From Camelus ferus (taxonomy: Eukaryota), in NCBI RefSeq assembly GCF_009834535.1, contig NC_045732.1, forward strand, positions 79,980,001-80,044,000: a DNA stretch of 64,000 nucleotides, read 5' to 3'. The translations under genes were made by a program, and so were the position numbers. Below the pieces are notes generated by a model. The model was not told where the DNA came from and searched no databases. It was given only the letters and a program-made list of their open reading frames with translations. This document shows positions 35,696 through 48,629 of this stretch, piece after piece. The first letter of the stretch is position 1. Each line of letters begins with the position of its first letter.

Positions 35696-38600
35696 CAGCA
35701 CGTTCCTGCCCTGCCCTCTGCAGTAACGCCCACAAGGCCGGCGGGCTGGCAACGTGCTCTCTGGCCCTGAAGCCAGGACACAGGCTCAGCCTCGGAAACT
35801 CAGCAGCCCTCCACGGGACCGGAAGTGCCCGAGCACCTGCTCAGGTGGCATCAGGGACCCTGAAAGCCAGGACCTTCCTGTGCGGCAGGCAGCAGACTAG
35901 ACACAGAGGAAGGATGGTTAACTAGTTTCTCTTTACAAATCAGGCTAGAATACCCACCAAGAACCATCTTTCATCTCCGAGGAGGATTCTGAGCTGTTTT
36001 GTATTCAGCCTCGGCGGGCGTTCCCTCCCTGCGAATTCCAGGACCATTCCGCACCTATGGCTTTGGAGTCTGACCATCGAGGGGAGCTGACCCATCAGTG
36101 TAAGTGTCCAGCAGACCGTTTCCAAGAACACACCCCAGTAAATCCTACCCCAAGTTTGGGGCGGTTACCAAACCTCTTCAACTATATATGCCAGGACGGA
36201 GTACACTGTGAGCCACGTCAAACGCCACTCCTCCCTGCAGTTGGAGCATTCTGAGTGTCCTAGCAGCTCAGGCAGGATAACCAGGTCTCTAAGCATCCCT
36301 GAACAAAGTGCACCTTCCCCCCTCGCCCAGGAGATGTATCCACGATCCCAGAGGGACTGCTCACAGCAACCTCCCACCTGACACGTTCCTCTCACCACTA
36401 AAAGTGCCGTCTGCACGTCTGCCTGCCGCCACCACCCAGCTTCATTACCATCACCTCCCACAGAAGGACCCCCGCCCCCAACCCCAGCTTCCCAAAGAGA
36501 AGAGCAGAGGCTCGGTGAATGTGTGCGGATGAAGTGAGACGGTGAGCGGGGATCCTATTGATTCAGACTGATTTTCTCCTACTTTCTTAAATAACCCGTG
36601 GAAATCCAATTAAACATAGGGATATTACACGTATAAAATGACAAACAAGAAGGGATAAGAAGCGAGTTAATATTTTTACTTTTATTGTTCTAAATCTTCC
36701 CTCATCTATATTATTGCTAATTACTCTCACATTTCCCGAACAATTCGAATTGCAATTCCATATTATGTCATCCAGGATGACAGAAAAAAAAAAAAAAGAG
36801 AGACAGATTTCAGTCTCCTTTACAGAAGAGGAAAACTGTTGTGTTTGAACTGGATAAGCACACACACGTTGTGATCAATGTCATTCACAAAGTTAGATAC
36901 TGAAGCTTATTAAATCTTCTATTAATAGGAACAGCACTGAAAAACACCTACAGGAAACAAAGATCAATTTCCACGTCACCATAAAGGACGGGAGGAGCCC
37001 AGAGATGCTGTACGCCGTGCCCCCCGAGCTGGCCCGGGCCCTCACTCCTTCCAAGGCTGACTGCTCGCTCTGCAAACACAGAGTGAAGGATGGACTCCCT
37101 TCCTGCCCGGCAGGAGAAGCTGCTGGACAGGGGCCTGGAGGAGCCCGGCTGCAAGTCTGGCTCAGGCCTCCTCTTCCTCATCGCTAGCAGCCTCATCTGA
37201 CAGGGATGGGAAGGAACTGGGACCCCGTCTACTGGCCCTGTGTACATGCTCCAGGACTTGCAACTTGCTGATCTCCGCGTGGGCCCGGGGGCCCCACAGG
37301 AACTCGAAGCGAGCGGGATCGCTGTTGGCCACCTGCCGGTACTCCAGGTACCCCTCCTGCACCCACGCTTTGGTGATGAGCTCCCTGGGCTCCCCGTAGA
37401 TGAAGTGCTCCCTCCCAGCACGCAGCCCCAGCTTGCTCAGTGCTCCCCACACCTCCTCCTCAGGGAGGCGCTCTCCCTCCAGGTGGATCATGCAAAGGAG
37501 CATCACCAGGAGGCCGTTCTTGGGCATGCTCTGCCCATCGCCCAGCATCCCATCACAGGTGAGGCCCAGGGTGGGGACCAGGACATACCAGTGGCCCCCG
37601 GGATCCACCTCCTTCACATCCACCCCAAAGACCAGCTGCATGTACTCAGAGGCCTGGCTGAAGACCGCAGGGAAGTGGTGCTGGTATTCTCTGAGGAAGA
37701 TACTCAGCATTTCTGCCCTGGTGGTCGGCTGCTTCCTGTGATACTTGAGGAGCAGGAAGCCCACCAGGTCAGTCACCATCGAAGGCTGTGCATCATGGAG
37801 CAGGGACACGGCACAGGCAGAGTAGGAAGAGGAGACTGAGGAGGAGGAGGACCAGGGGGATGCGCCCCCCTCCTGCTCAGCCTCCATCTGCTGAACATCC
37901 ATGAGGCCCCGGGAGTCTCTGGGGTCCTGAAGGTCTTCCGCAGCCTTGCGGAGCTCACTCATCTCAACGGGGGGCACGATGAGTGGTGTCGGGCAGCCGA
38001 GAGGAGCGAGGGAAGGGGTGACAAATGGAGACCCAAGGGCCTGGGGGAGAGAGGGTGTGTCAGCAGGCTGGGCTGAGAAACCCACCCTGAGGGGCTCTGA
38101 CAAAGGCGACTTACAGGTCTCCTCTTCAGGGGTGCCCTCGGCCTCACAGGGGCTCTCCTCCTGGTGGACGGTCGTCTGTGAACCTGACGGGGGAAGTGAG
38201 GCAACTCCTCAGGGTGCTGCCGGCACCAGCCCGAGGTTCTGGGGGCGACAGGGGGTGTGTGGAGTGGACGTTGGCCTTGTGGGTTCCCGTCTGTTCCGGG
38301 AGCCCCCGGGTACACACTCAGGGCCCACACCTCACCCGGCACTGCCGGCCTCCTGTGCTCTGTGACCCGAGGACACGTGTCTCAGACCTAGGCTTTCACA
38401 TCCCGGTGTCTGGAGACCCTGGAAGAGAAAGGAGGGGAGACCTCGGGTCTACACTGTGGTACAGCCCTGGACCCGCGTGGTGGCGGGAGGCCTGGGCTCT
38501 GGCAGGTTCCCACTCTTCTAGCACGGGAGGCCCTCTCCGCGCTAGCTCAGGGTCCTCACCGTGACTCCAAGCGGGACCTGGGATTCGGCTCTCCAACCAC

Positions 38601-40116
38601 CTGAGGGGCCCTCCTTATAATCAGTCCGAGGTCTCTCTGAGACCTGGATGCGGAAGTCAGGACGCACCACGTGTGCTCATCCTGCCTGGGGGCCTCCCAG
38701 GGCTGCCAGCAGGGGCAGGATCGGTTGCGTCCCCCTGTTCTGGGGTCTCGGGTCCCCTCACTCCTCCCTCGGGGTCCTCACCTTGACTCTTGGCAGGAGT
38801 TGAGATTCCCCTCTCAGCCCACCTGAGGCCCCGCCCGTCATACCAGGACGCCAGTCCCTCTGAGACCCGCATTTCAGGAACTGCTGCCTGAGGTCCTCCC
38901 GCCCTATGGCCTCCCAGGACTGACTCTCTTCTGGGGTGCAGGGTCCCTGAGTGCTAACTCGCGGTCGTCACCTTCACTCCCAGGCGGCCCTGAGATTCTC
39001 TCCTCCGCAGACCTGAGCCCCCCGCCTCCCTTTCTCTATGTCCCCAGTCTCTCTGAGACCCGGATGCGGAAGTCAGGACAAACCTCGTGGGCCTGTCCTC
39101 CCCTCGGGCCTCCGGACAGCTGATAGCAAGGGCGCCTTTCTGTGGGGTGGCCTATCTTCTGGATCCCGGGTCCCCTCAGTTCTCCCTCAGCGTCGTCACT
39201 CAGGCGGCATGTCGTCTCCCCTCTGCCCACCCGTGGCCCCGCCCCTCATCCCAGGACCCCAGTCCCTGTGAGACCCGGATGTCAGGAAATGCCGCCTCTG
39301 GTTATTCCGACCTATGGCTTCCCAGGACTCATTATGTTTTAGGGTCCAGGGTCCCTCACTGCTCGCTCGCAGTCGTCACCTTCACTCCCAGTGGGACATC
39401 GGATTCTCTCCTCTGAATATCTGAGGGTCCCCCCATCTCACACAAAGTCCCCGGTCTCTCTGAGACCAGGGTGCCGCAGTCATGACACGACACGTGGGCC
39501 TGTCCTGCCCTCGGGCCTCCGGGCAGCTGATAGTAAGGTTCCCTGTCTGTGGATGGTCTGTTTTCTGGGTTCCGGGGCCCTTCCTTCCTCCCTCAGGGTC
39601 CTCACTTTGACTCAGGCAGCATGTGGTCTACCTTCTGGCAACCCGAGGCCCCGCCCGTCATATCAGGACCCTAGTCCCTCTGAGACCCGGATGTCAGGAA
39701 ATGCCACCGGTGGTCACCCTGCCCCAAGGCCTCCAAGGTCCAACGCTGTCCCGGGGTGCAGGATCCATCCGTTCTCCCTCGGGGTCCTCACTTTGACTCA
39801 GGCGGTATGTAGCCTCCCCTTGGAACCCTCGAAGCCCCACCCCTCATCCCAGGACCCCAGACCCTGTGAGACCCGGATGTCAGGAAATGCCGCCGCTGGT
39901 CACCCTGCCCTAAGGTCTCCAAGGACCAACACTGTCCCGGGGTGCGGGATCCCCTGTTCTCCCTCAGGGTCCTCACTTTCACTCAGGCAGCACTGGCCTC
40001 CCCTTGGACCACCCGAGGCCCCGCCCCTCATCCCAGGACCCCAGTCCCTCCGAGACCCGGATGTCAGGAAGTCAGGACCCCACGAGTGCTCATCCCACCC
40101 AGGCCCTCCCAGGGCT
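35691..40116. repeat. Inverted repeat arm B-right
   Basis: Reverse-complement match to 4769-9195. Confidence 0.97.
37162..37962 (-). CDS. MAGEA: MAGE-A family protein, short form S1' (identical protein to S1)
   Basis: Inverted copy of 6923-7723; AATAAA on - strand at 36681-36686. Confidence 0.93.
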   Translation of the reverse strand: MSELRKAAEDLQDPRDSRGLMDVQQMEAEQEGGASPWSSSSSVSSSYSACAVSLLHDAQPSMVTDLVGFLLLKYHRKQPTTRAEMLSIFLREYQHHFPAVFSQASEYMQLVFGVDVKEVDPGGHWYVLVPTLGLTCDGMLGDGQSMPKNGLLVMLLCMIHLEGERLPEEEVWGALSKLGLRAGREHFIYGEPRELITKAWVQEGYLEYRQVANSDPARFEFLWGPRAHAEISKLQVLEHVHRASRRGPSSFPSLSDEAASDEEEEA

Positions 40117-40900
40117 GACAGCAGGGGCGGGGATCTGTGGGGCCCCTTCTGTCCTCCCTCAGCGTCCTCAGCTTCAGCCCTGGCGGGTCCTGGGACGCCC
40201 CCTTGTTGACCCGAGCCCACACCCTCACACCAAGGCCCTCACTGCCCTGACACCCCCAGGGGAGTCTGTGGACGCACATCAGGCCAACAGGCCCAGGGCT
40301 TCCCAGGACTGTGGACGCCAGGGGCTGAGATGGATTCCCCGGGGATCCCGCAGCCCTCCCTCTGCTCCCCACCTGGGCTCCAGGCTGGGCCTGGGCCCCT
40401 CCCTCTGCCCACCTGAGTTTGATCCCATTGTACTCAGACCCTCCCCAGGCAGGACCCCCGAGAGGGGAGTGGGGATGAGGGGGTGGGGATCTGATCCTCG
40501 CAACCCTGCCTGGGGTCTCCCAGGGGTGACCGCAAAACCGACCTGGATGCCTGCCCCCGCCCCCCAAGTCCCCTCACACGGTTTTACCTTGACTCCTGGC
40601 AGCGCTGGGCTCCTTCCCAGTGCAGACCTGAAGCCGGCCTCCCTCACCCAGGCGCTCACCTCTCTCACCTCGCAAGGGTGGGGCATCAGTGCACGTGACA
40701 TCCGGACCCACTGCCCTGGAGTCTCCCAGGGCTGTCGGGGGCGGGTGGGGGTGCCGGAGGTGGATTCCCTGGGGTCCTCAGGCTCCTGTGTCCTCACCTG
40801 GACTCCTGACAGGATCTGGGAGCCACCCTCTGCCCTCCTGAGACTGCGTCTCTCAGACCCAGCCTCTGACTCCCCGAGTTCGCTGAGGAGGTGGGGGCCG
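38555..40900 (-). promoter_or_regulatory. MAGE promoter module array upstream of S1'
   Basis: Inverted copy of 4769-6330, continuing into more diverged units. Confidence 0.72.
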
Positions 40901-41924
40901 GGGACTGCTCAGCCTGACAGCCCCGTCCGGGGGCCCCCAGGATTCCCGCGCGGGGCCGATTTGCGTTCTTAGGGTCCCTCTGTTGCGGGGTGGTTGGACC
41001 CCTTTGTCCTCATCCAGGAAGGTCCTCAGCCACCCTCGCACACAAAGGCTGCAGTCCCAGCAAAGATGCTGGAGGGGACCTGCCTCCTGGTGACCGTGAA
41101 GGGGCAGAGAGCAACACACCTTCCCTCGGGGGCTCCTCGCCAGCCAGCCTGACTTCGGAGACGGTCTGTTCGAAAGACTTACCTTTTCCTGAAGAGGCTG
41201 AGCAGTGGCAGGGGAGTTGCGGATCCCTTGCGTTGATGACTAGGTAATAGTACCTGTTCCAGAGCCGTGACTTTCACTTGTTAATTCTCATGCATAGTAA
41301 GAACTACATTTCTCATCTGCACCTACTGTGCGTGTATGTATGACACGTGTGCAGGCTGTGTGTGCTTATGTACACGTACGTCCACGCACCACCTGTGTAC
41401 GTACTAGCGCGTGTATCTCGGTGCGTGTTTATATTTTACGAGGGCTCGTATGTACGTGCAGACGGTATACATACCCAAGGCGCAAAAGTGTGCCTGCTAT
41501 AACCACGTGTGAGGTGCTCTGGTACCGCCACCTTATTGTCCGTCTCTCCCTTACGTTCTGTTTAAGTGATGTGTTTTGCACAGGCCAGTCCTCACGCAGG
41601 TTTGATGTCAGGTGGGTATTAGCAGAGACTCAGGAGGGAAATGCCTCAGCTGACCCATCTTTCTTGCTGTCCTGGTAGAGCCCCAGGGCTGAGGCACGTG
41701 TGTCCGGGGCCCTGCCCCAGCTGTAGGCACGAAACCGCTCAGAAGCGGGAGATCTTCTCTCCTACCTGTCCTGCCCTCTGCGTCTGTGCGGCCCACAGCC
41801 CCTCCCCCACTCCCTGCTGCCCCCCACCCCCACCCCGCAACGGACGAGTCAGCTCCCCAGTCAGCAGTCTTCCCCTCGGGTGTCCTCACGTTTTGTTGTT
41901 CACCTAGCGTTGTTCATACCGTGT

Positions 41925-42780
41925 GTTATTTTAAAGTCTTTATTTTTATAGCACCTTTAGGTGCACAGAACAACAAAGAGAAGGTACAGAGATTTCCCAT
42001 TTACTTCCCGCCCCCACACCTACGTAGCCTGCCTCCTTATCAGCAACCCACCAGAGTCGTCCATGTGTCAGAATTGATGGACCTACGCTGTCACCTAGAA
42101 ATTAGAGTTTCCCTTGGGGTTCACTCTTGGTGCTGCACCTTCCCTGGGTTTGGGCAAACGTGTATGACATGCCCTCATCACTGGGGTATCATGCAGACTA
42201 TTTCACGTCACTAACCACCCTCTGCTGTACAGCGCCTATTCATTCCTCTCCCCACAGCGCCTGCAGACACTCATCTTCTTAGCGTCTCCATCATTTTGCC
42301 TTCACAGAATGTCACATAGTTGAAATAATACCGTATGTTGCCTTTTCAGAATCACTCAGTTTGTAATTGCATCGAAGGTTCTTCATGTCTATTCCTTGCT
42401 TGATAACTCATTTCTTTTTTGCACTGGGTGATACTCCATTTCCTGCACATACCAAAGTGTATTTATTCACCGACTTAAGGACCTCTTGTTTGCATCTATA
42501 GTTTGGCAATTCTAAGTAAAGCTGCTATAAACATCCACGTGTAGGTTTCTGTGCGGACACAAGTTTTCAACTTCTTTGGGTAAATACCCATATGGTTTCT
42601 GGATCATACAGTAAGAGTTTGTTTACTTTTATAAGATCCTGCCAAGCTGTTCCAATGTAACTGTACCATCTTGTATTCCCACCAGCAATGAATGGGAGTT
42701 CCTGCTGCTCCAAATCCTCCCCAGCATTTGGTGTTGTCACTGTACCAGATTTTCCCAATTGCAATACGTGTCTAGTTACG
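41925..42780 (-). mobile_element. Old L1MA/L1MB-type 3' end
   Basis: gaaggtacagagatttcccat...gggttcactcttggtg...gtaaagctgctataaacatcc...tgggtaaatacc. Confidence 0.7.

Positions 42781-42781
<1 letters not shown>

Positions 42782-42812
<31 letters not shown>
42782..42812 (+). repeat. (TG)n microsatellite
   Basis: Seen directly. Confidence 0.93.
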
Positions 42813-42814
<2 letters not shown>

Positions 42815-43619
42815 TCATCAAGTGACTCCTCACACCTGTTGATCACTAGGTATCAAGCTGGGAAAGGCACAGTCAAGCTAAAGATTTGGAGAATCCTGCC
42901 CAAAGCATCAGGAGGCAGCTTCAGTCACGCTGTGTGTGCGCAAGATTTTGTCCTCTGGACATCATTCCTAGTCCTCTTTCTAGGAGGAAAAGCAGAAGAG
43001 GAAACTGGAAAGTTCAGAGGAAAAGAACTTTAGGATGGCTCTAGGTAACTCAGATTGGTTCCCACCTTCAGAGACCGTGTGTGAGCCCAAACGCTTCTGA
43101 AGCAACCACGTGGCGGGCACATCCTCCAAGTCCGAGCTGTGACCGGGAGAACTTGGAATGTGGCTCTGGGTGAGGAAACGTTTCCTCGGGGGGCCAGGGG
43201 AAAGGCCCACGGCAGAAACTTTCCCTCACACTCAGAGAGTCCCAGAACACCCTCGCTCACAGAGCTCTGTGGTGGGCTGTGTGGATCAGGACGGAGCACG
43301 TGCAGAGGTCCTGATGCCTCCTCCCCAGGGCCAAGCCCCTCAGCACAGTCCATTCCCCTGCGCTGGTCCAGGGCCCCTGAGCGTCACCCATGCTGGGTCT
43401 AGAACAAGCTATGTCATGTCTAAGCACTTCTGGCACGCGAGGGGTCCCATCCCCAATAACAGAGTGCCGGTGAGAAGAGGAAACCCACCTGAGTCAGTGG
43501 ACCGGGAGGATACACACTGGTTCAGAAGCCCCACAGTGTGGGGAAGGCACATCGTACACGCACAGTGACAACAGCTGCATCTACTGTCCACGTCCTTGGC
43601 CCAGACATTGTAGAGACAG

Positions 43620-43740
43620 GTCGCATCGTGTATAAACTCGCACCGGTGCTTTCAACGGGTACGACTACTATGCCCATTTGACGGGCAGAAATCGAGGCAC
43701 AGACGGTTTCCATGACTGGCTCAGCTTAGCGGCCGCAGGA
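43620..43740 (+). mobile_element. MIR SINE fragment
   Basis: tatgcccatttgacgggcagaaatcgaggcacaga resembles the MIR core. Confidence 0.55.
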
Positions 43741-44899
43741 CACACATTCAGTCTGAGCTTTGTGTGGGTCGAAAGCCCTGTGCCCCACTGGTCTGAGCCG
43801 ACTCGCCAACACTCACGGGGGCCCCGGCTGTCCTGCACGCTGTCCTACCACCTGGTGCCTCATGCCACGTAGCTGAGAACACAGGGAAGCCAGGCATCGG
43901 TGCTCAGGAGAGCCTGACACCGGATTCTGCCCACGTGGCCTGTCCCAGCCCCGCGGGATCACCATCCATCCTGAAATGGAGACGGGGCCCCAGGAGGCGG
44001 GTCTGGGTCTAGGAGAGAGGGTGTGAGGATGGAGAAGGCTCCTGGATGTGGGGGTAAAGGCTCGGCCCTCTGAAGTCTGCTCTTCTGTTCGGGCTGGGGC
44101 CCTGCTCCCACTTCCTCCTGCCCACTCTGCTCGGCTTCTCTCCCAGCTGACTGGGGGGCCCACGTTCTCCTGCAGGCTCACTGCCCTGGGCACATGGGGT
44201 GTCAGGCAGGCGGCAGGCCTGTAGTTCAAAGCATGGTGCCCTTGGGTCCGGTGGGCTCTCAGGGCTCCCGCAAGGGGGCGGGGATCCGCGCCTCAGGGCC
44301 CTGGGCAGGCACCTGTGTCTGGGGACGGCCCAGGTTTCCACATGCGGCACACGTGGCATGTTTGGTCCATGTGTGCGGTGTGTGGATGTACGTGTACTTA
44401 AGCACATACAGTCTAGACATGTGATACAGATACACGCACAGTAGGTGCAGATGAGAATTGTGGTTCTTACTATGGATGAGAATTGACAAGTGAAAGTCAC
44501 GGCTCTGGAACAGATACTATTATCTAGTCATCAACGCAAGGGATCCGCAGCTCCCCTGCCACTGCTCAGCCTCTTCAGGAAAAGGTAAGTCTTTCGAACA
44601 GACCGTCCCCGAGGTCAGGCTGGTTGTCAGCGAGTCGCCGAGGGAAGGTGTGTTGCTCTCTGCCCCTTCACGGTCACCAGGAGGCAGGTCCCCTCCAGCA
44701 TCTTTGCTGGGACTGCAGCCTTTGTGTGCGAGGGTGGGTGAGGGCCCTCCAGGGTAAGGACAGAGGGGTCCAACCACCCGACAACACAGGGACCCTAAGA
44801 ATGCAAATCGGCCCCGTGCGGGAATCCTGGGGGCCCCCGGACGGGGCTGTCAGGCTGAGCAGTCCCCGGCCCCCACTTCCTCAGCGAACTCGGGGAGTC

Positions 44900-47800
44900 A
44901 GAGGCTGGGTGTGAGAGACACACTCTCAGGAGGGCAGAGGGCGAATCCCAAGTCCTGTCAGGAGTCAAGGTGAGGACACAGGAGACTGAGGCCCGCAGGG
45001 AATCCACCTCCGGCCCCCCCCGACAGCCCTCGGAAACCCCTGGGCTCAGGGTCCAGATGTGACGGGCACTGATGCCCCACCCTTGGGAGGTGAGAGAGGT
45101 GAGGGCCTGGGTGAGGGAGGCCGGCTTCAGGTCTGCAGAGGGAAGGAGCCCAGCGTTGCCAGGAGTCAAGGTAGAACCGTGTGTGGGGACTCGGTTTGCA
45201 GGCATCCAGGTCGGTTCTGCGGTCACCCCTGGGAGACCCAAGGCAGGGTTGCAAGGATCAGATCCCCACCCCCTCATCCCCGCTTCCCTCTCTGGTGTCC
45301 TGGCTCTGGAGGGTCCGAGTCCAAGGGGACCAAGCTCAGGTGGGCAGAGGGAGGCACCCAGGCCCAGCCGGGAGCCCAGGTGAGGAGCAGAGGGAGGGCT
45401 GAGGGAACCCATGGAATCCATCTCAGCCCCTGGCGTGCCACAGTCCTGGGAAGCCCTGGGCCTGGTGGCCTGATGTGAGTCCAGAGGCTCCCCTGGGGGT
45501 CTCAGGGCAGTAAGGGCCTTGGTGTGAGGGTGTGGGCTCGGGTCAACAAGGGGGCGTCCCAGGACCTGCCGGGGCTCAAGCTGAGGACGCTGAGGGAGGA
45601 CCGAAGGGGCCCCACAGATCCCCGCCCCTGCTGCCAGCCCTGGGAGGGCCTGGGTGGGATGAGCACTCGTGGGGTCCTGACTTCCTGACATCCGGGTCTC
45701 GGAGGGACTGGGGTCCTGGGATGAGGGGCGGGGCCTCGGGTGGCCAGAGGGGAGACCACATGCCGCCTGAGTCAAGGTGAGGACCCCGAGGGAGAACGGA
45801 GGGATCCTGCACCCGGGACAGCGTTGCACCTTGGAGACCATAGGGCAAGGTGACCACTGGCGGCATTTCCTGACATCCGGGTCTCTGAGGGACTGGGGTT
45901 CCTGGGATGAGGGGTGGGTCCTCGGGTGGCCAGAGGCTAGACGACATGACGCCTAAGTGACGACCCTGAGGGAGAACTGAGGGGACCCCGAACTCGGAAA
46001 AGTGGTCATCCAACACAAAGGGGCCCTTGCTAGCTGCTGTCCGGAGGCCCGAGGGCAGGACAGGCCCACGTGTCGTGTCATGACCGCGGCATCCTGGTCT
46101 CAGAGAGACCTGGCACTTAGTGTGTGATGGGGGTGGGGGGAAACCCTCAGATCTGCAGAGGAGAGAATCCCAGGTCCCACTGGGAGTGAAGGTGACGACC
46201 GCGAGCCAGCAGTGAGGGACCCTGGACCCGAAAACACAGTCGGTCCTGGGACGTGATAGGGCGGCATCACCTCAGGCAGCATTTCCTGACATCCGGGTCT
46301 CGGAGGGACTGGGGTCCTGGTTTGAGGGGCGGGGCCTCGGGTGGGCTGAGGAGAGAATCCCAGGTCCTGCCGGGCGTCAAGGTGAGGACCCTGGGGGAGG
46401 ACTGAGGGGGCCAGAGACCCCAGAACACAGTGGGTCCCGGGAGGTCATGGGGCGGCATCACCTCAGGCAGCATTTCCTGACATCCGGGTCTCAGAGGGAC
46501 TGGGGACCGGGTTTGAGGGGCGGGGCCTCGGGTGCGCTGAGGAGAGAATCCCGGTTCCTGCCGGGCGTCAAGGCGAGGGCCCTGAGGAAGGACTGGGGAC
46601 ACCCTGGACTCCAGAATCGAGGGGACCCCAAGATATCTACCCCGGCAGGCAGCCCTCGGAGGCCTCAGGCCGGACGAGCCCATGGCAGCGTGCCGGGACT
46701 TCCGCGTCCGGGCCTCGGAGGGACTGGGGCGCTGGTGTGGGGAGCGAAGCCTCAGGTTGGGAAACGCGGGGCTGAGGGCCTGTCAGGACAGTAAGCAAGG
46801 ACTGTGAGGGAGGACTGCGGGACCCTGGACCCCAGTACAGAGTCGGTCCTGGGAGATCATAGGGTGGCATGACCACAGGCACATTTCCTGACATCCGCGT
46901 CTCAGAGGGACTGGGGACCGGGTTTGAGGGGCGGGGCCTCAGATGGGCTGAGGTGGGAATCCCCGTTCCTGCCTGGCGCCACGGTGAGGATCCTGAGGGA
47001 GGACTGAGGGGACCAGAGACCCCAGATCAGTGGGGACCCGCCGAACCGATCCTGCCCCTGCTTTTCTCCCTGGGAGGCCCCAGGGCGAGATGAGCACACG
47101 TTGGTGTCTCGACTTCCCCATCCGGGTCTCAGAGAGACTGGGGCCTTAATATAAGGAGGGGGACCTCAGGTATGCAGAGGAGGGTATCCCCGGTCCCCCC
47201 GGTAGTCAAGGTGAGGACCCTGAGGGAGGACTAAGAGACCCTGCACCCCGGAACAGAGTCGGCCATGGGGGGCTATAGGGCAGGATGGCCAAAGGCAGCA
47301 TTTCCTGACATCGCGGTCTCAGAGGGGACAGGGATCCTGGTATGAGGGGGCGGGGCGTCAGATGGGCAGAGGACAGAATCCTAAATTACCAGGAGGCAAT
47401 GTGAGGACCGTGAGGGAGCCTTTGCCCTTGTGCTGGGTCTTGGAGGCCCCAGAGCAGGGTGACCAGGTGAGATGCTTTCTGACCTCTTAACTCAGAGGTC
47501 CTTGGGAGGTGAAGTCCCTGGTCTGAGGAGTGTGGCTCAGATGTGCAGAGGGTGGTCTCCCCGGAACCCCCAGTAGGACTGGGCAGACCCCCTCCCCAGG
47601 TAGAGGGGGCCTCAACAGAAACTTGCTCCTCTGCTCCTTCCTGGGAGGCCCGGGTGTGAGTCAGGAGGCATCACCTCCCCACTTTATCCTCAAACTCAGT
47701 GCGATGGTGGTGTCGGCCTGCAGGGGACAACCTCATGTTAGCTGAGGGGAGGGTCCCAGGACTTGCTGGGAGTAAATGTGAATATCTTGATACTGAGAGT

Positions 47801-48600
47801 AGAGAGTGAGCCCACAGAATCCGGCCCTGCCCCCTGTCATCCCTGAAGTCCCTGGGCAGGAGTGGCCAGTGGTGCTGCCCCCTCACCTCTGCCCCAGGCT
47901 CTCAGGGAATTCAGACCTAGTTCTGAGGTTGGCAGAAGGAGCCACAACCGGTCAGCAGCAGAAGGACTCACAGGATGTGCCAGGACTCAGGAGAAGGACC
48001 CTTTGGGTGGATGCAGGGCGTGAGGAGACCCTCACCCCAAAAGAGATGGGAACTTACAGTGTCCGGCTTGAGCTGTTTCAGCCCTAGGAGTCCCCGGTCA
48101 GGTCTGGCCGGATGGGGCCTGCCATCACTTCCGTCACGTGGTTGGGGGTGGGGTATCTCAGGGTGTGAGGACCTTGGTCTGAGGGGAAACATCAGGCCAG
48201 CAGAGGGAGGAGTCCTAGGATATCCCACGTGTCAAGGCAAGGACTCTTCATGAGGACCAAATGTACCCCGCCATCTCAGGAGAGGAAGGACCCCACCGGC
48301 TCCAGCTGACCCCTGTTCCCAGCCCTGGAAGGAACAGTCAGTGGTGGCCCTAAGTGCCGTGCTCACTTCCATCCTGGGTGGGAAGGTGGGAGTCTTCAGG
48401 GAGTTGAGGTCTGGGTCTGAAGGGCAGATGTCAACTCATCATCCCAGGTGGGGGCAGGGGGGAAGAGCAGGCCCTGGCGGGAGTAAAGATGCATGGCCTC
48501 CAGGCACTGAGGGCACCTCCGCCCAGGGCAGAGGGGCCGATCCCCGCTGCCAGTGCTTCTGGGTTTTTCGGGGGGAGCTGGGGGTGGATGTTGTGTAAAT
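44900..48600 (+). promoter_or_regulatory. MAGE promoter module array upstream of S2 (9 clear cores at 45681-47299, decayed units to about 48600)
   Basis: Cores at 45681, 45864, 46081, 46280, 46471, 46697, 46882, 47111 and 47299, with GC boxes and GTCAAG|GTGAGG donors. Confidence 0.72.
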
Positions 48601-48629
48601 GGATCCTGGGACCAATTTCCACGTAGGGG

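Larger units (their letters stand above)
39700..45900. repeat. Older inverted repeat with arms at about 39700-41395 and 44370-45900 around a ~3-kb spacer
   Basis: For example, 41221-41300 (ggatcccttgcgttgatgactag...gccgtgactttcacttg) mirrors 44475-44546. Visibly more diverged than arms A and B. Confidence 0.85.

Noticed and set aside
39391-40972. Long Pro/Gly-rich ORFs (272-348 aa) across the promoter arrays
   Set aside because: They arise from stop-poor GC-rich repeats, and frames are not conserved between units.
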